Positions 1 through 12,700 of a stretch of DNA of 64,000 nt are shown here, one piece after another. The first letter of the stretch is position 1. Each line of letters opens with the position of its first letter. A program made the translations under genes and the position numbers. The notes beneath the pieces were generated by a model. The model was not told the origin of the DNA. It worked only from the letters and a program-made list of their open reading frames with translations, and did not search any database. Origin of the DNA: Bugula neritina (taxonomy: Eukaryota > Animalia > Bryozoa); the NCBI GenBank assembly GCA_964035545.1, contig OZ037768.1, positions 6,976,741 to 7,040,740 of the forward strand. Reading direction: 5' to 3'.

Positions 1-333
1 GAAAGCTATACAGGAAGGTATTAATACAGCGAATAAAAAGAGCGAGTCAAATGCTAAGAAGATAGCAAAGTTTACTATCCTGGCTAATGATTTTAGTGTT
101 AGTGGCGGAGAACTGGGTGAGTAATTCTGTCTGTTATTGTTGGTTAATAAAAGATAATGAAAAACCTTAACATCTGGTCACTTTAAACATTCCCCAATCT
201 AGCAGTAAATTTTTAGCTGTGATATCATTTTTTTAACATTTTATTTTGTTTTTTAGGTCCGACTATGAAGTTGAAGAGGCCCGTTGTTATTGCCAAGTAC
301 TCCGATGTGATAGAAAAGATGTATGAGGATTGA
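1..333 (+). CDS. ACSBG2: 3' end (last two exons, <1-116 and 257-333) of long-chain-fatty-acid--CoA ligase, bubblegum family
   Basis: Spliced translation KAIQEGINTANKKSESNAKKIAKFTILANDFSVSGGELG|PTMKLKRPVVIAKYSDVIEKMYED* carries the ACSBG C-terminal signature DFS.xGGELGPTMKLKR; intron 117-256 is GTGAGT...TTTTAG; stop TGA 331-333. Confidence 0.9.
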
Positions 334-968
334 CTGTCGGATGAAGATATTACCCGTTTGCTGATTGGTCCAATGTTGACCAGCAAACTTTAATGCATAT
401 CACTTACCAAATATTAGCTTTTTCAGTATCTAAGTAAAATATGATCCTTACTCTTCTCAAACAGGCTTCACATCAAATATTTTGTCATGTAGCTCGAGGT
501 TGTACTAAATGAACAGTACATACTTGTGTAGCTATGCAATATAGTTAACGTAGCTCAATTCATCAAACATTCCTCATATCACTTATATAGTTTATGTTTC
601 CTATTGCTTTGAAACAAACTAGTAAATAATAGTCAACAACATTGTGAGAAAAAATATATTAATATTATTATTATGTTGGAGTTTGTATAGCATTGTATTT
701 GTTCAACATGTTCATTCTTGTTCAGTGTTTGTGTCATGTTCACCCTTACAGTTTGTATCATAATATTTGTATTTACGTAGTTATTTCTAACACTTTCAGA
801 TTATTAACCCTTTCTGAGATATATTATCTCAGTAAACCAAAATAAAAGGTGAAAATTAAACTTATTCTCATTTCTTTGACTTGTGCCCTTTTTTTATCTA
901 AAAGAAGTACCTGATGAAACAGTCACAAACCATGTGTTGAGATCTTGACCTGTGGTCATGGGCTCCCT

Positions 969-1074
969 ATGTTAGGAAGAGCATCCAGTCATAATTGCTC
1001 CTGTGCCCCATCTTAATAAGTCCTTAGCCCAATTTAACAAAAACCCATTCCACCAGCGGGTTTTCTCACAGGGG
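969..1074 (+). mobile_element. Headless fragment of the SINE body (same family as 27919-28129)
   Basis: About 105 nt (ATGTTAGGAAGAGCATCCAGTCATAATTGCTCCTGTGCC...AAAAACCCATTCC...TTCTCACAGGG) closely matches the reverse complement of the body of the 27919-28129 copy; no tRNA-like head. Confidence 0.8.
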
Positions 1075-1249
1075 TGGCGAGTTTAATGCCACCCGATTAG
1101 GAACTGGTGGAGAAAGGTGAGAGTAAAATCATAAGCTTGGTGGAAGCTGTATGTCTAGACATTGCTGCCGTTAATGTAAAATAACTCGATCCTTAATAAA
1201 CATAACTCCCTGGTACTCTAGACATTGGGTACAAACATTTAATACTATA

Positions 1250-1311
1250 ACAATATATATACTATATATTTTCATGTATGTATGTATATATATATACTAT
1301 ATATTTTTATG

Positions 1312-1352
<41 letters not shown>

Positions 1353-1371
1353 TATATACATAAAAACAATA

Positions 1372-1410
<39 letters not shown>
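1250..1410. repeat. (TA)n / TATG microsatellite
   Basis: Direct inspection. Confidence 0.95.
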
Positions 1411-1414
<4 letters not shown>

Positions 1415-1721
1415 GACAAACCCCGAAACAGCTGCTGTCCACAGATTGAGGTATTATGCTCTCACTTAATGCTCAGCAATGACATTCAGTGATTGAGCTC
1501 TCTCACCATGGTCACAAACTCAAGCTGCTAGCATTTTGCAAGGCTCGTGACTCCTAGATGACCCCTAGAGTCACTTGAGCTCTCTGACTTGAGTTTACAC
1601 ACCTTTTAAATATGCTTTAGTAGAAACATAAGTTTCTACTATTGCGAAGGTGTGGGCCATGGTACTCTGTTCTGTGCTGATGAGGGGACAAACCCCCGAA
1701 ACAGCTGCTGTCCACAGATTG

Positions 1722-1727
<6 letters not shown>
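1411..1727 (+). mobile_element. Hammerhead-bounded 273-nt monomer (non-LTR retrozyme or Penelope-like terminal repeat unit)
   Basis: A ~44-nt direct repeat at 1411-1454 and 1683-1727 contains the 3' part of a hammerhead. GTC cleavage triplets end at 1439 and 1712 (spacing 273 nt). Both flanks are (TA)n and the interior is strongly self-complementary. Confidence 0.7.
1662..1727 (+). ncRNA. Type I hammerhead ribozyme (complete copy)
   Basis: Stem I TCTGTG(1671-76)/CACAGA(1713-18), extendable past a TGT/TT internal loop; core CTGATGA 1677-83; stem II GGGG/CCCC with loop ACAAAC; GAAA 1698-1701; stem III ACAG/CTGT with a 3-nt loop; cleavage triplet GTC 1710-12. Confidence 0.88.
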
Positions 1728-1796
<69 letters not shown>

Positions 1797-1824
1797 TATA
1801 TTGATTTTATGTATATATATATAT

Positions 1825-1862
<38 letters not shown>
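1725..1862. repeat. (TA)n/(CA)n microsatellite
   Basis: Direct inspection; source of the spurious YIYI ORFs. Confidence 0.95.
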
Positions 1863-1867
<5 letters not shown>

Positions 1868-3734
1868 GGAAGTTATGTACTCTTGGCAACAAAGGACATG
1901 CTGTTGCCCATGTATAAACTATCTAGGTACTTCACTAAACCATCCAAAGGAACAGTAAAGATGTTACAATTTTGCAAAAACACTGCTAAAGCAGCTATAT
2001 CAGGGTTGTAAATAATGACAGACTGCTTTAAGGGCTTCATCTCTAGGTATGTCGTCGGGTTTACTCCCCAACCCTTTTCAAAGTTTTTTTCCTATAATAG
2101 AGAGTCCTTCCAGACTGATAGCCGAAATAACTGATTGTGAGGCGCCGGCCAGTAACTTGTCTACCTCTTCTTCTATCCTAAAAGTAGGTCCACCACTGGT
2201 ATTCCTGTGCCACACCTATACAGACTATGAATTGTTGAAGGTTATTTGAGAGGTGCACCTGAAGGAGCTTTATGGCAGTAAAATTTTGTCCTCTGTAACT
2301 CTTTGGCTCTGACAACCTTGGACCAATATATGACCAGATCCAACAGCTATTTAAAATCTAATAATCTTAAATACAGCTTATTTACTAGAATAATGCATAA
2401 GTATGTTGAACCCTTATATATAAGCTTGTATCTTTTGGTAAAAATATTTTAAAAACAAAGCATGATAATTTGCATAGCAGTTAAAAGTTCTAAAATGACC
2501 ATGTGTAAAATATCATTTATGCCAATAGTATAGTGATGTAGTTCATGCTAATATAAAGTTTACAACTCTATGTCTTTAAAATAAAACACATACACCTTGT
2601 CATCAACAAAACTATTACACATAATAGTAATTTACAACAGCAAGCTATATAGCTATAAATGATTATATGTTATAAAGGCTTATTAGAGCTATTAGAGCTA
2701 TTAGAGCTTATTAGAGCTTTGGTGTCTGAAAAATGTTTGTTCTTAGAGTTATCTTCTACTTGGCTATCTTCATAACTTTAGCGCTCTTATAAGCCACTTC
2801 ATGTAATTTGAATTAAAAATAATATCAATAAACATTTTTATCAAAAAAAGTTAAAAATATTATTTTATTTTTTCATCTATTTTAATTTTTTTTAAATATG
2901 GTAGTTAAGGTAAATGTTTCGTACACAAACGGATACAAGAATGTTTATAGTTTTATTCCATATGTTACTGTAATATTATTACTTGACGTTGATAATCCGA
3001 TTCTGATGGTGATACACTGAATTTTATTCCAATTCAGTGGTCTGATATGCAAAGATTTGGTGTACAAGAGCTATAGAAGTTGGGACTTTGTATTAATAGC
3101 ATTTCAGACTTTTGGTAAAATTAATATCTTATATTTATTTACTTTTACTTTTAGCAAGTTCAAGTTGGAAGTGTAAACTTAAAGTTAAACTAAAACTTGA
3201 AGCTAAAACTGTAAAGTAGAAGTGTAATCAATAATGGGTAGAACAAAGTGAAACTGGAAGAGTGATAATAACAACTCACCACAGTCACTAATCAGTCTCC
3301 CATCTGCCAGTGTCTCTGTCTGGGACGTTCACGTTGTCGTACCGGTACTCGTCTAGCTTCACTCTGACTCTGAATTGTGATACTCATTTTCACTCTTGCA
3401 ATACTAGTAATGCACACATTCAATCACATACAAGCTCGCACTGTGACTGTTAATGTTTATTTAAAAAGCAGTGCTGATACTATTTTATAATTTTAAGTAA
3501 GAATCAAGCAATAGAGAGTAAGATACTAATAGTAATAAAATAAAAATGAAAGTTTAAACAAGTTGAAATATTATTTTACTTAAAAACTAAAAATAATTAT
3601 TATAATTCAAATGATAGTAATTATAATGATTATTCGTTATAATACGGATTCAAAGTAGAAGTACTGATTACAATTATATATGAGGTAACAAATAACAATA
3701 CCATTATTATATCAGTATCACTATCAACATCATC

Positions 3735-6700
3735 ATGAGCATGGATTTTGGAGAATTTTCTGATGTTAGTTTAGATACTAATGACACTGAAAATTATAAG
3801 TCTTGTGATACTGATACTAGTGCCAGTTTGAGTATCAATGGCTCTAGTTGTTCAATTGAGACACAAGAACTACATAACTTAAACTTGGATTATGACAATA
3901 GTTACCAAAATGACCATCATGAAAGTAGTTCTAGTAGCAGTGTAACTGGGAAAGCTACTTTTGGTTGTGATGCTGAAGCTAACAAAGAAATTCATACTGG
4001 CAATCAAGCTCCAGCTCTAGGACAGCTACAATGGCATTTCGACAGCAATCGTAAAGGCTCAGAAAAACTTAGCGGCTATTTGACTACCAATAATATCACT
4101 CAGCATGGCTCAGAATCTTATGAATACTCACTCAATAACGTAAGTACTGGTTGTCAATAGTAAATAAAATATGTTTCATCGAACAAATTATACAGTATAT
4201 TGATAATGTATTAGTATTAGAATGTTTATGTTGTTTGAATTCATAGCCTAGAAACTAAAGTATAATAAAGGATCAAAAAATTAAAATCTTGGTTTAATTA
4301 GCATTAAGAAACCGCAAATACCCGAGCTTGGTTCAAGTCATGTTCATCCATGTAGAATACTTGAATTTTCTATATTTAGCATGCGTTGATCAATGATGAT
4401 TTCAATATTTTTAAGAAGATTTAGTTGCTACTGTAAGTTTCACAACATGAGGAAAGCTTTTATAATTAATAGGCATGTATAATTTGATATTATAAATATA
4501 AAATAAGTATAATCAAAGCTACTAATTTATTATTTTTATTTCAACTACTGTGTTATTTAATCACATAATGAATTTAAATGCTATTTGTTCTAAAATACTC
4601 GCAAATTTATTTAAATTGACTCAAGTCAGTTGAGCTCATTGCTTGACATGAATTTTGATTAGTAATTGACATGACTTAGTTTTCTTTTTTATGCCTGTAG
4701 TCCAGCTCTACCAAATACAACTATGAATTCCCAATTGCTTTTAATCATCTAGTAATTTAGTTCTATCACTACTTATTGTATATTATCAATTTCTTCTACA
4801 GAAACCTGTAGCAGCACAAGGAGTTACTAATGGTGTAATCTCAAACAGTCATAAATCAAAGGAACTAGATCTCCTAGAGGATTTTCCCAATCATTTGCCA
4901 TCAAGTATTAGTAGCACTACAGAACTAACAGACGATGAAGCTAGTAGCACCTCTACTGTTTCTAGATCCAAGCATTCTCCATCCGATTTAGAGTTAGATG
5001 CTCAATCCGACATCTCCCAGGTACCCTCAGAGGCCATGTGTTCTGCTGAAGAAGACAATACAAGTTGTAGTAGCTCTACTCCACCTTCTAGATCTCGCCG
5101 CAGAAATATGAAACAGCATTCCAAGAGCTCTTTCGATGAGCTACTATTTGATCTGTACGATAAAAGTGGAGGTAATATACATGGCTTTTTCTCGGTGACT
5201 TCAAATGGCTGAAAAAACCTACAAGTTGTATAAGTTTATTACTATTTTGTGTTAAGATGGAAGTCACATTAGGACACGTGTAGTCACATTATTTCTCATT
5301 GGCAAATCTTTGCCCATTTTACTAGATCAATCAATTTTAAAATTAATTTCAATTTCAACAAGCTGCAGTCACAATTGTAAACTGTAAAACAATGCAATGT
5401 TTTTTTTAAATACTGGGATCTTTGCAATCCTCTCCTGAAAAAATCTACAAATTAATGAGTGTTGCTAAATTTAAGGTTAGGCTGGGATTTAGTTTTGATA
5501 AAGTAACTATAGTTTTAAGCTAATATCAGAATTTTCATTTTCAAATAATTTATGAAGGTGATTGGATAATACATCCACATATTACAGCCATCATTTAGAA
5601 GTACCCTGTTGCTTAGTGCCTTCTTTGTGTTATTCAAAAGATATTTACTAATTCTAATTGACGCAATTTACATTATAAAAATGTGTTTTACATGGTAGAA
5701 GACAGAAATGTAAAAAATGTTTCATTTAATGCATTTGTTAGATGCCTTTGCTCATTCATGCATGATAGAATTTTTTCTGATATACAGTACATATTATTAC
5801 ATTGTTTCTGTAAATATTTAACTTTCTGGTAATCTAGAAAGTTCTGGATGGAACGAGACCTTTAAATAGATATTTTATTTTGACATTTTATATAGTTCAC
5901 AGTAGCTGGTTGTTATGTTGATGTGGTTATATATATACAGGCAGTTCAATAAGACTAAGCATCAGCTCCAGTGTTGATGGCTCCAGTACAGACTGTAGCA
6001 GTGTCTCTGAATGCATACATGCTAATGAGCCTCAACGGGTCTCCCATACAAGTACCACTCTGCAAAAACTAGGTATGTGAAAATACTGGTGTAGTGATGT
6101 AAGTTATCATACGCAGCAAAAGCATCTCGTATTGTGTCCAGATCTTATTGTGCACTTAGAGTATTGTAATAATGAACTATTATATATAATAGAAGATTTT
6201 GTGATTGATCAAAAGTACTATTCAAATTGTTATTAAACAATTTAGTACCTTTTGTTGTACTGTGTAAGAAGTGACACTGGCTCTATCTAGTTCAACAGGC
6301 AACATGTTTTATGTTGTTGCTGTTTATGCCAGTAGTAGGACGTCTAATATATCAACATGCATGTCTCCAGGCACCTGCCAGCAGTATATTAGTCTCCCTA
6401 ATCTTTGATGAGTTGCCATCTTTCTAGTTAATATATTAAGCTACAGCCAAATATTTTCTGACATCCTTGAACTAAATGGGACAAGTTGATCTAGCCATGC
6501 AGCGTAGGCAGAAAGATGGCAATTTTCTATTGGTTTCTAATACTGAAGACATTATAGCATCTGTTCTGAAAATAATACTAATTAGCTTTAATATCCAGTT
6601 CTTTAGCTTTTACTAAATCAATTGGCTTATGCTGAATTATGATGAGCTTTCAAAATATAAGGGTGAAGTTAACTTCATAATAAAAAATAAAAGGATGTTT

Positions 6701-9700
6701 ATGGTGTTTTTAAAATAGCAGTTTGAGAAAAGTGAGGTTTTCTGTTCACTGAAATAATACATTTTAACATTTTGGCTGGTCGAGAACTTGCATTTATTAA
6801 AATAAAGTTGGCAAAAGTTTGAAAGTTTTTTATATAGATGACATTTAATAATTCAATACAAGTATTTTTCATATTACCAGAAAATGACAGTTAATGGTAG
6901 TGTCACCCTGCATATTATTTATTCTATCCATCAATCATAACAGTGACTGGTAGCTGTATGAATGTATGTACTTATAATCCTTTCTAAACTTCTAGATGAA
7001 ACTAGCTAAGAGCCCTTGGCTTTCTTCCACAATATGCTGGGCATTTTATTACAGGATAAGTTTTTGAGATTTTGACAGGTGTAATTACTTGACAGGTTGT
7101 GAGCACCTGTGAGCACCTGAGAGCTTGACAGGTGCTTTTGATATTCTGCATTTTACTAGATCATAAGTTGTTTAATATCTAAGTTAATATTGTGTACTTG
7201 TAGGAGTGGAAGAATTAAAGGAACTAATGCTAGATTTATCTAACAAAGTAAACCAGAAGAATACTCAACTAGTTAAATGTCTGAGGAATAGGGAAAGACA
7301 TAGGAACAGAGCAGCAAAGCACTTTGACATGGTCACCGCCATCATACAGGCTTGGTCTACCAAATCTAGTATGTATATAGTTTTTTGTTTCAATTTGATA
7401 TGACAAGATAATTTACAGGCTGAAACTCAATTTATTACAGCTAAACTCCAAATAGAAGTTAATAACAACATAGGAAACAACTCCAAATTCTTTGGAGTTA
7501 TCTCCTGTTTTGAAAAAAGCTAAGGATTATAGTAACATGACACAGACCAATAGGGTTCCTTTAAAATATGTCCATTTTTAATATTTAATTTCATTTGCAG
7601 CACATAGATGTACACAATAATTTGTTCAAGTGGAAATGTTGAATGTGGCCAGTCTCGTAGTCTAGTCATTGGTAAAATTGTTAAAGAGTTCTGATGGCGA
7701 TTGAATTCCTGCACTCTCCTTTTTCTATGTTCTTTGTTATCTATTGGTAGGCCTTACAATGATGGTGAATTTGATAGCAGTGTGTACATCTATTACATTG
7801 CGAACTTTAGCCATCAATGCCCAACACAACCTCTGAAATTTACTCTTAGTGAATGGAATTTGCTGTCAGTGCACATAGAGTGGTTGAGAGAGTTGTTATC
7901 AGGCTACTAATATTTTCTAGAGTGTGTTGAGAAACATATGGTGACTAATCAACTCTTTTGTATGGTAAATGTTGGAAAGAAGACTATATATGTTTGAGTT
8001 GTGCACATCTCACCAGTATTATTTGTACTTCGGCGTTGTTGCTTCTTAAGTTGATATTGCTCATTGCACTCCAACTTTAGCTATGCGTTCCCTCATCTCT
8101 ATGTCTCTACTATCTGAAATAGTAATATACTGAAGTACTGCACATGTATATTATATTCATATCTAATTGACACCAGTGAACTTACCAGCATATGCTCATG
8201 TGACAGATGGTTTGAAAACCTACCCAGCCTTGTGATAAAGGAAGCTAGCTGCATAGTGTTTTATATATGTTGGTCATTATGCTGGCTCGGCTTAAAACAA
8301 GGATACATTTTCCTCATCACAACAAGCATATGGCGATTTCAACCAATGTTATTAAAAAATTGATGCTTTGCACAAGTGCTATGAGTTGCTGTGATAGATG
8401 TTAGCTTATATTAAGTTTTCAACATGAAAATACAAAAATTTCACAGATCTGTAACCTATTTGATGGAGATATGCTTAGCTGGAATCTCCAGTGCTATGCT
8501 GGGAAGATTTCCACAGTAACTAATAAAGTCACCATATAGTTTATAATAAAACCAGCTCTACTTTATACTCCAACTGTGGACTTGGGAACAAAATCATCTG
8601 CTATTTTAGAATTGTTTTCTTCCAAATTTTAAATCGGGGGGGGGGGGGGGAAACTCTGGCTCTGATATTTGCTAGTCTCTATATCAGAACATCAATTACC
8701 TTAATCTTAATCTTTCTACTCTGTTATGTTCATCAAATTTTATAAAATCTCGTCTGACTCTTTCAAAAAAGCAAAATGTTTCACTAAAAACCGTCCAAAA
8801 CAACAACCAGCCTGTTTGTCCACTCAATCAACACTTGCTCAACCACATGTCTATGTCACATGACTAAAATAGACCTCATTATAGCATATTTCACTGTGTA
8901 CGTGACTGCCATATGCCAACTTATCCGGGCATTCACTACCCCCATCTATGATTATATTTATTAATACATCCTGGCTCTAGTAAAAACTGTTTAGTTAACC
9001 CCTGCTTTTGCTCTGTAACCAATTTATCTACTTTTTGGTCTCTAGAGACAGAATTCCTTGTTGTTTTCTCAACACAAAATATTTGTTTGGGTGAGAGTTG
9101 AGTTAAGAAAACACTCACTCGTCATTAATCACAAGCTATTATGAGAAATAGACCAAGTATACCATATGCAAAGTTGTCCTACCATCAGTACACATAAACA
9201 AGGTATATCAAATGCAGAGTTGTCCTTCCATTAGTATAAATAGATGAGGTACTTTAAATGCAAAGTTGCAAACTGTTTGATTAGTGCTAACTTTATAGGA
9301 TATTAGTAGCATGAGAAGTTGTCTCTCCGCCGAACATGTAGCCAAAATTAAAGCAAAAATCTACATTTCTGCCCCTTAGTGAAACAGACCTTATATCAGC
9401 CAACCTACCATTAGTTTGCCATTATTATTATTATTATTATTATTAAATATTAATAGTTATTATTAATAAGTTAAACAAATGATTACTGAGTATCACACTG
9501 TAAAATACTGATAATATTAGGTAAACATTAATATGCTCTGTAAGAATAACGTGGTTTGGTCCCACTGGAGTTTAATTATAAGTGCTTATTACGTCACATC
9601 GCTGTACCAAGGTCTGAAGCAAGGTTGGGAAACTCACTGTAATGATGGTTTCGTAATACACTGCTGTATAGTTTATTGATTCAGTTGAGTGTACAGTAGA

Positions 9701-12700
9701 GAAGTTGGTATAACAATTTGAATCCTTCTCCTCTCACTATCACTTCAACAGGTTGTTATCTACCTTGTCAAGTGTAAGTGAGGTTGTTAGGTTCACTATA
9801 TACTATGTAGTTATACACTGATCTGTGTATGTGTAAATGCACCATTATCAAGTTTATTAGTTTCAATTCAATATATTATATGTGTACGAGCAAGGTGGGT
9901 ATAGTAGTAAGCTTGTAAAAGCTGTAATTGTAGTAGTTAGGAAAGAAAGTTATAGATAAAGTTGGTAGAGGTGAGCTAACAGGTAAATATGGTATGTATA
10001 TGTAAGTTTTGTGTTGCCTCAAAGTTTTATTTTCTATACATAACTTAGACAAATGAGTATATTTTATAATGTGAACTGTTGGCATGATGCCTGTTAGAAA
10101 TGTCTAACATGTAGAAAGTATAGTCTAGGTTCTGCTGTGAACTGCTGTTGTTGAGTGCAGACTTAGCATATGGCTGTTATATTCTCAGGTGCTGATGCTA
10201 AGATGAAGTTCACTATAGAACCTCCGGCGGGTGACGCAAATTTTGCTCAGTGGAGAGATGCCATCACCTCTCTGATCCGCAGACCTGTTGGACTTCCTTC
10301 TCACTTTAGGAGTAGTGTATGTATTAGTACTCAGTGTATGTATTAGTACTCAGTGTATATATTAGTACTCAGTGTATGTATTAGTACTCAGTGTATGTAT
10401 TAGTACTCAGTGTATGTATTAGTACGCGGTGTATGTATTAGTACGCGGTGTATGTATTAGTACTCGGTGTATGTATTAGTACTCAGTGTATGTATTAGTA
10501 CGCGGTGTATGTATTAGTACTCTGTGTATGTATTAGTACTCAGTGTATGTATTAGTACTCAGTGTATGTATTAGTACTCAGTGTATGTATTAGTACTCAG
10601 TGTAAGTATTAGTACTCAGTGTATGTGTTAGTACTCGGTGTATGTATTAGTACTCAGTGAATGTATTAGTACTCGGTGTATGTATTAGTACTCAGTGTAT
10701 ATATTAGTACTCAGTGTATGTATTAGTACTCAGTGTATGTATTAGTACTCAGTGTATGTATTCTACAGACAATGTATTACCATTTATACTCTGAGTAGTG
10801 TATGTATTTACTATCTTACCAAAATGTTAACGTAATTAATAATTTTTTACAAATATTTTATCAATACTAAGTAAAGGTTTTTATCCTAATAATGTTAATA
10901 CAAAGCATATGGAGGTGGTGTTCTATTTTTTGACATTCTCACCTATAGGCTATCCCTTTCAATAATGGTAGTGACATCAGAAGTATTTTTCCACGTCAGA
11001 TTAATCATACACATTTGTATTGTTAAGGTAGTGTACCCCCCCCCCCGCCCCTACAAAAAGAAGTCCAATGCCTTAGCATTTGCATGTTCCATTTAGTCTT
11101 AAACCAGGATACATATATACCCTTCTGTCAAATAGCTTTCTTTTGATGGCCACAATGACTCTAATTTCAACTACCTGAAACCACAGGGGGAGATAAATGT
11201 TTTTTTCTTATATTAAACCTTTTCACTGATAAAAATAAAATATCTCAATAACTTTCTTAGTGATAAACTTTTCAAGTTGTTTCACAATACTTTCTATGTT
11301 TTACAGATATGGTTATCACTTGCTACTAGATACATCAAAGATCTCCGAATAGACTGGAACAAAGTGCTACAGTTTGCATTTAATGACAAGTGTAACCCTG
11401 ACGATGATGCTCTGGGGGCTCAGATAGTGAAGGTAAGAGAAACTCCACTGGTCAGATCTTAACATACTGGCAGATTTCGTAGCCCAAAGCCCTTGCACCA
11501 AGTCGTTGAATCTGATGAATTATTTGTAAGATAGTGTCACTAAAATCCTAGGCCACATGAATTATTCTAATAGCTTTGTAAGTAGTTAGATTACTTACGC
11601 AGCGAGCATGTTTTATTTTCCAGTGCTCGGATCATCTTGCAATCCTTTGTACAACTGCTCGGTTTTATAGCTCCTTAATACTTAGACTTACTTTTCGATC
11701 AGTAACTGAGGTACATCTTTGAGTAGCTGTCTACTTAAAAACTAAAAATATTATATATATAAATATATCTATACATATATCTATAAATATATCTATAAAT
11801 ATATAAGTATATATGTATATATAATCTACAGGACCTGCACAGAACAGGGTGCAGTACATTCAGTGGTATAGAAAATGAAGAAGATCGGGTGATCTTGCAG
11901 AGGGTCCTTCTAGGCTATGCTAGGTGGAACAAAGTCACGGGCTACTGCCAAGGTTTCAATGTCCTCGCAGCTTTTATTCTCAACGTCACAAATAAAAACG
12001 AGGCAGATGCTTTGAAGGTAACTCCTTGCTAAATGTGATGAGAGGTTACATGAGGTTATCTGAAGTTAGTGTAGCACGAAATGACATGCAGGCAAATATT
12101 GATAATCTGAGTGACTGAGCCTTGCCAACCAGATTCTTTATGTAATCTCATCAGATCTTATTAGCAGTAATTGATTTCTCTGTGAGAGATATTTGCACGC
12201 ATAGGATATTCGTAATTTTGATAACAACGGTATGTTGCAAGTGTATGAATATGCAATCGCAATTGCTTTCAACTGTTGGCTGTTGCACATTTTTTATAAC
12301 GCTTGTTAGCCGCCTCCTTATAAATCAATAGAACTGCCTGCGCACTTGAAGCTGTCTGTTACATCATGTGTTTGATGTAAAGTTTACATTCTAATCTATA
12401 GAAGGCCTCTTCAACTTCTTTCATCTCCTTGCGTATTCCAGTGCACAATTTCTCCTTCTGTTTCATCTGAAATTGCTGTAGCCTTGGTACTACGTGCAGC
12501 CTAGTAGAGTAGATTTGTGTAGTTGTGGCTATTGCCGTAGATTATGGTGTATCTTGTGGACCACATGCTACCCAAAGAGTATTTTGCTCACAATCTGAGA
12601 GCACTGACTGTGGATATGGCTGTGTTCAGGACTTACCTTGCCATGAAGTTACCCAAACTCTCCGCTCATCTCACTAAGCTGCAGCAAGAGTCCTGTGATG

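Noticed and set aside
905-945. CTGATGA near 911 (also near 51390) as further hammerheads
   Set aside because: No stem II followed by GAAA and a cleavage triplet in the required geometry.
1595-1958. ORFs with YIYIYI tracts
   Set aside because: Translations of (TA)n microsatellite.
8636-8650. Poly-G run (and poly-C near 11036) as G-quadruplex regulators
   Set aside because: Simple homopolymers with no contextual evidence of function.
10314-10762. CRISPR-like regular array
   Set aside because: Head-to-tail 19-bp units without unique spacers, no cas genes, eukaryotic intron.
12030-12120. Possible C/D box snoRNA (GTGATGA...CTGA) in a TBC1D30 intron
   Set aside because: Very close to the donor, no terminal stem, no rRNA-complementary guide recognised.
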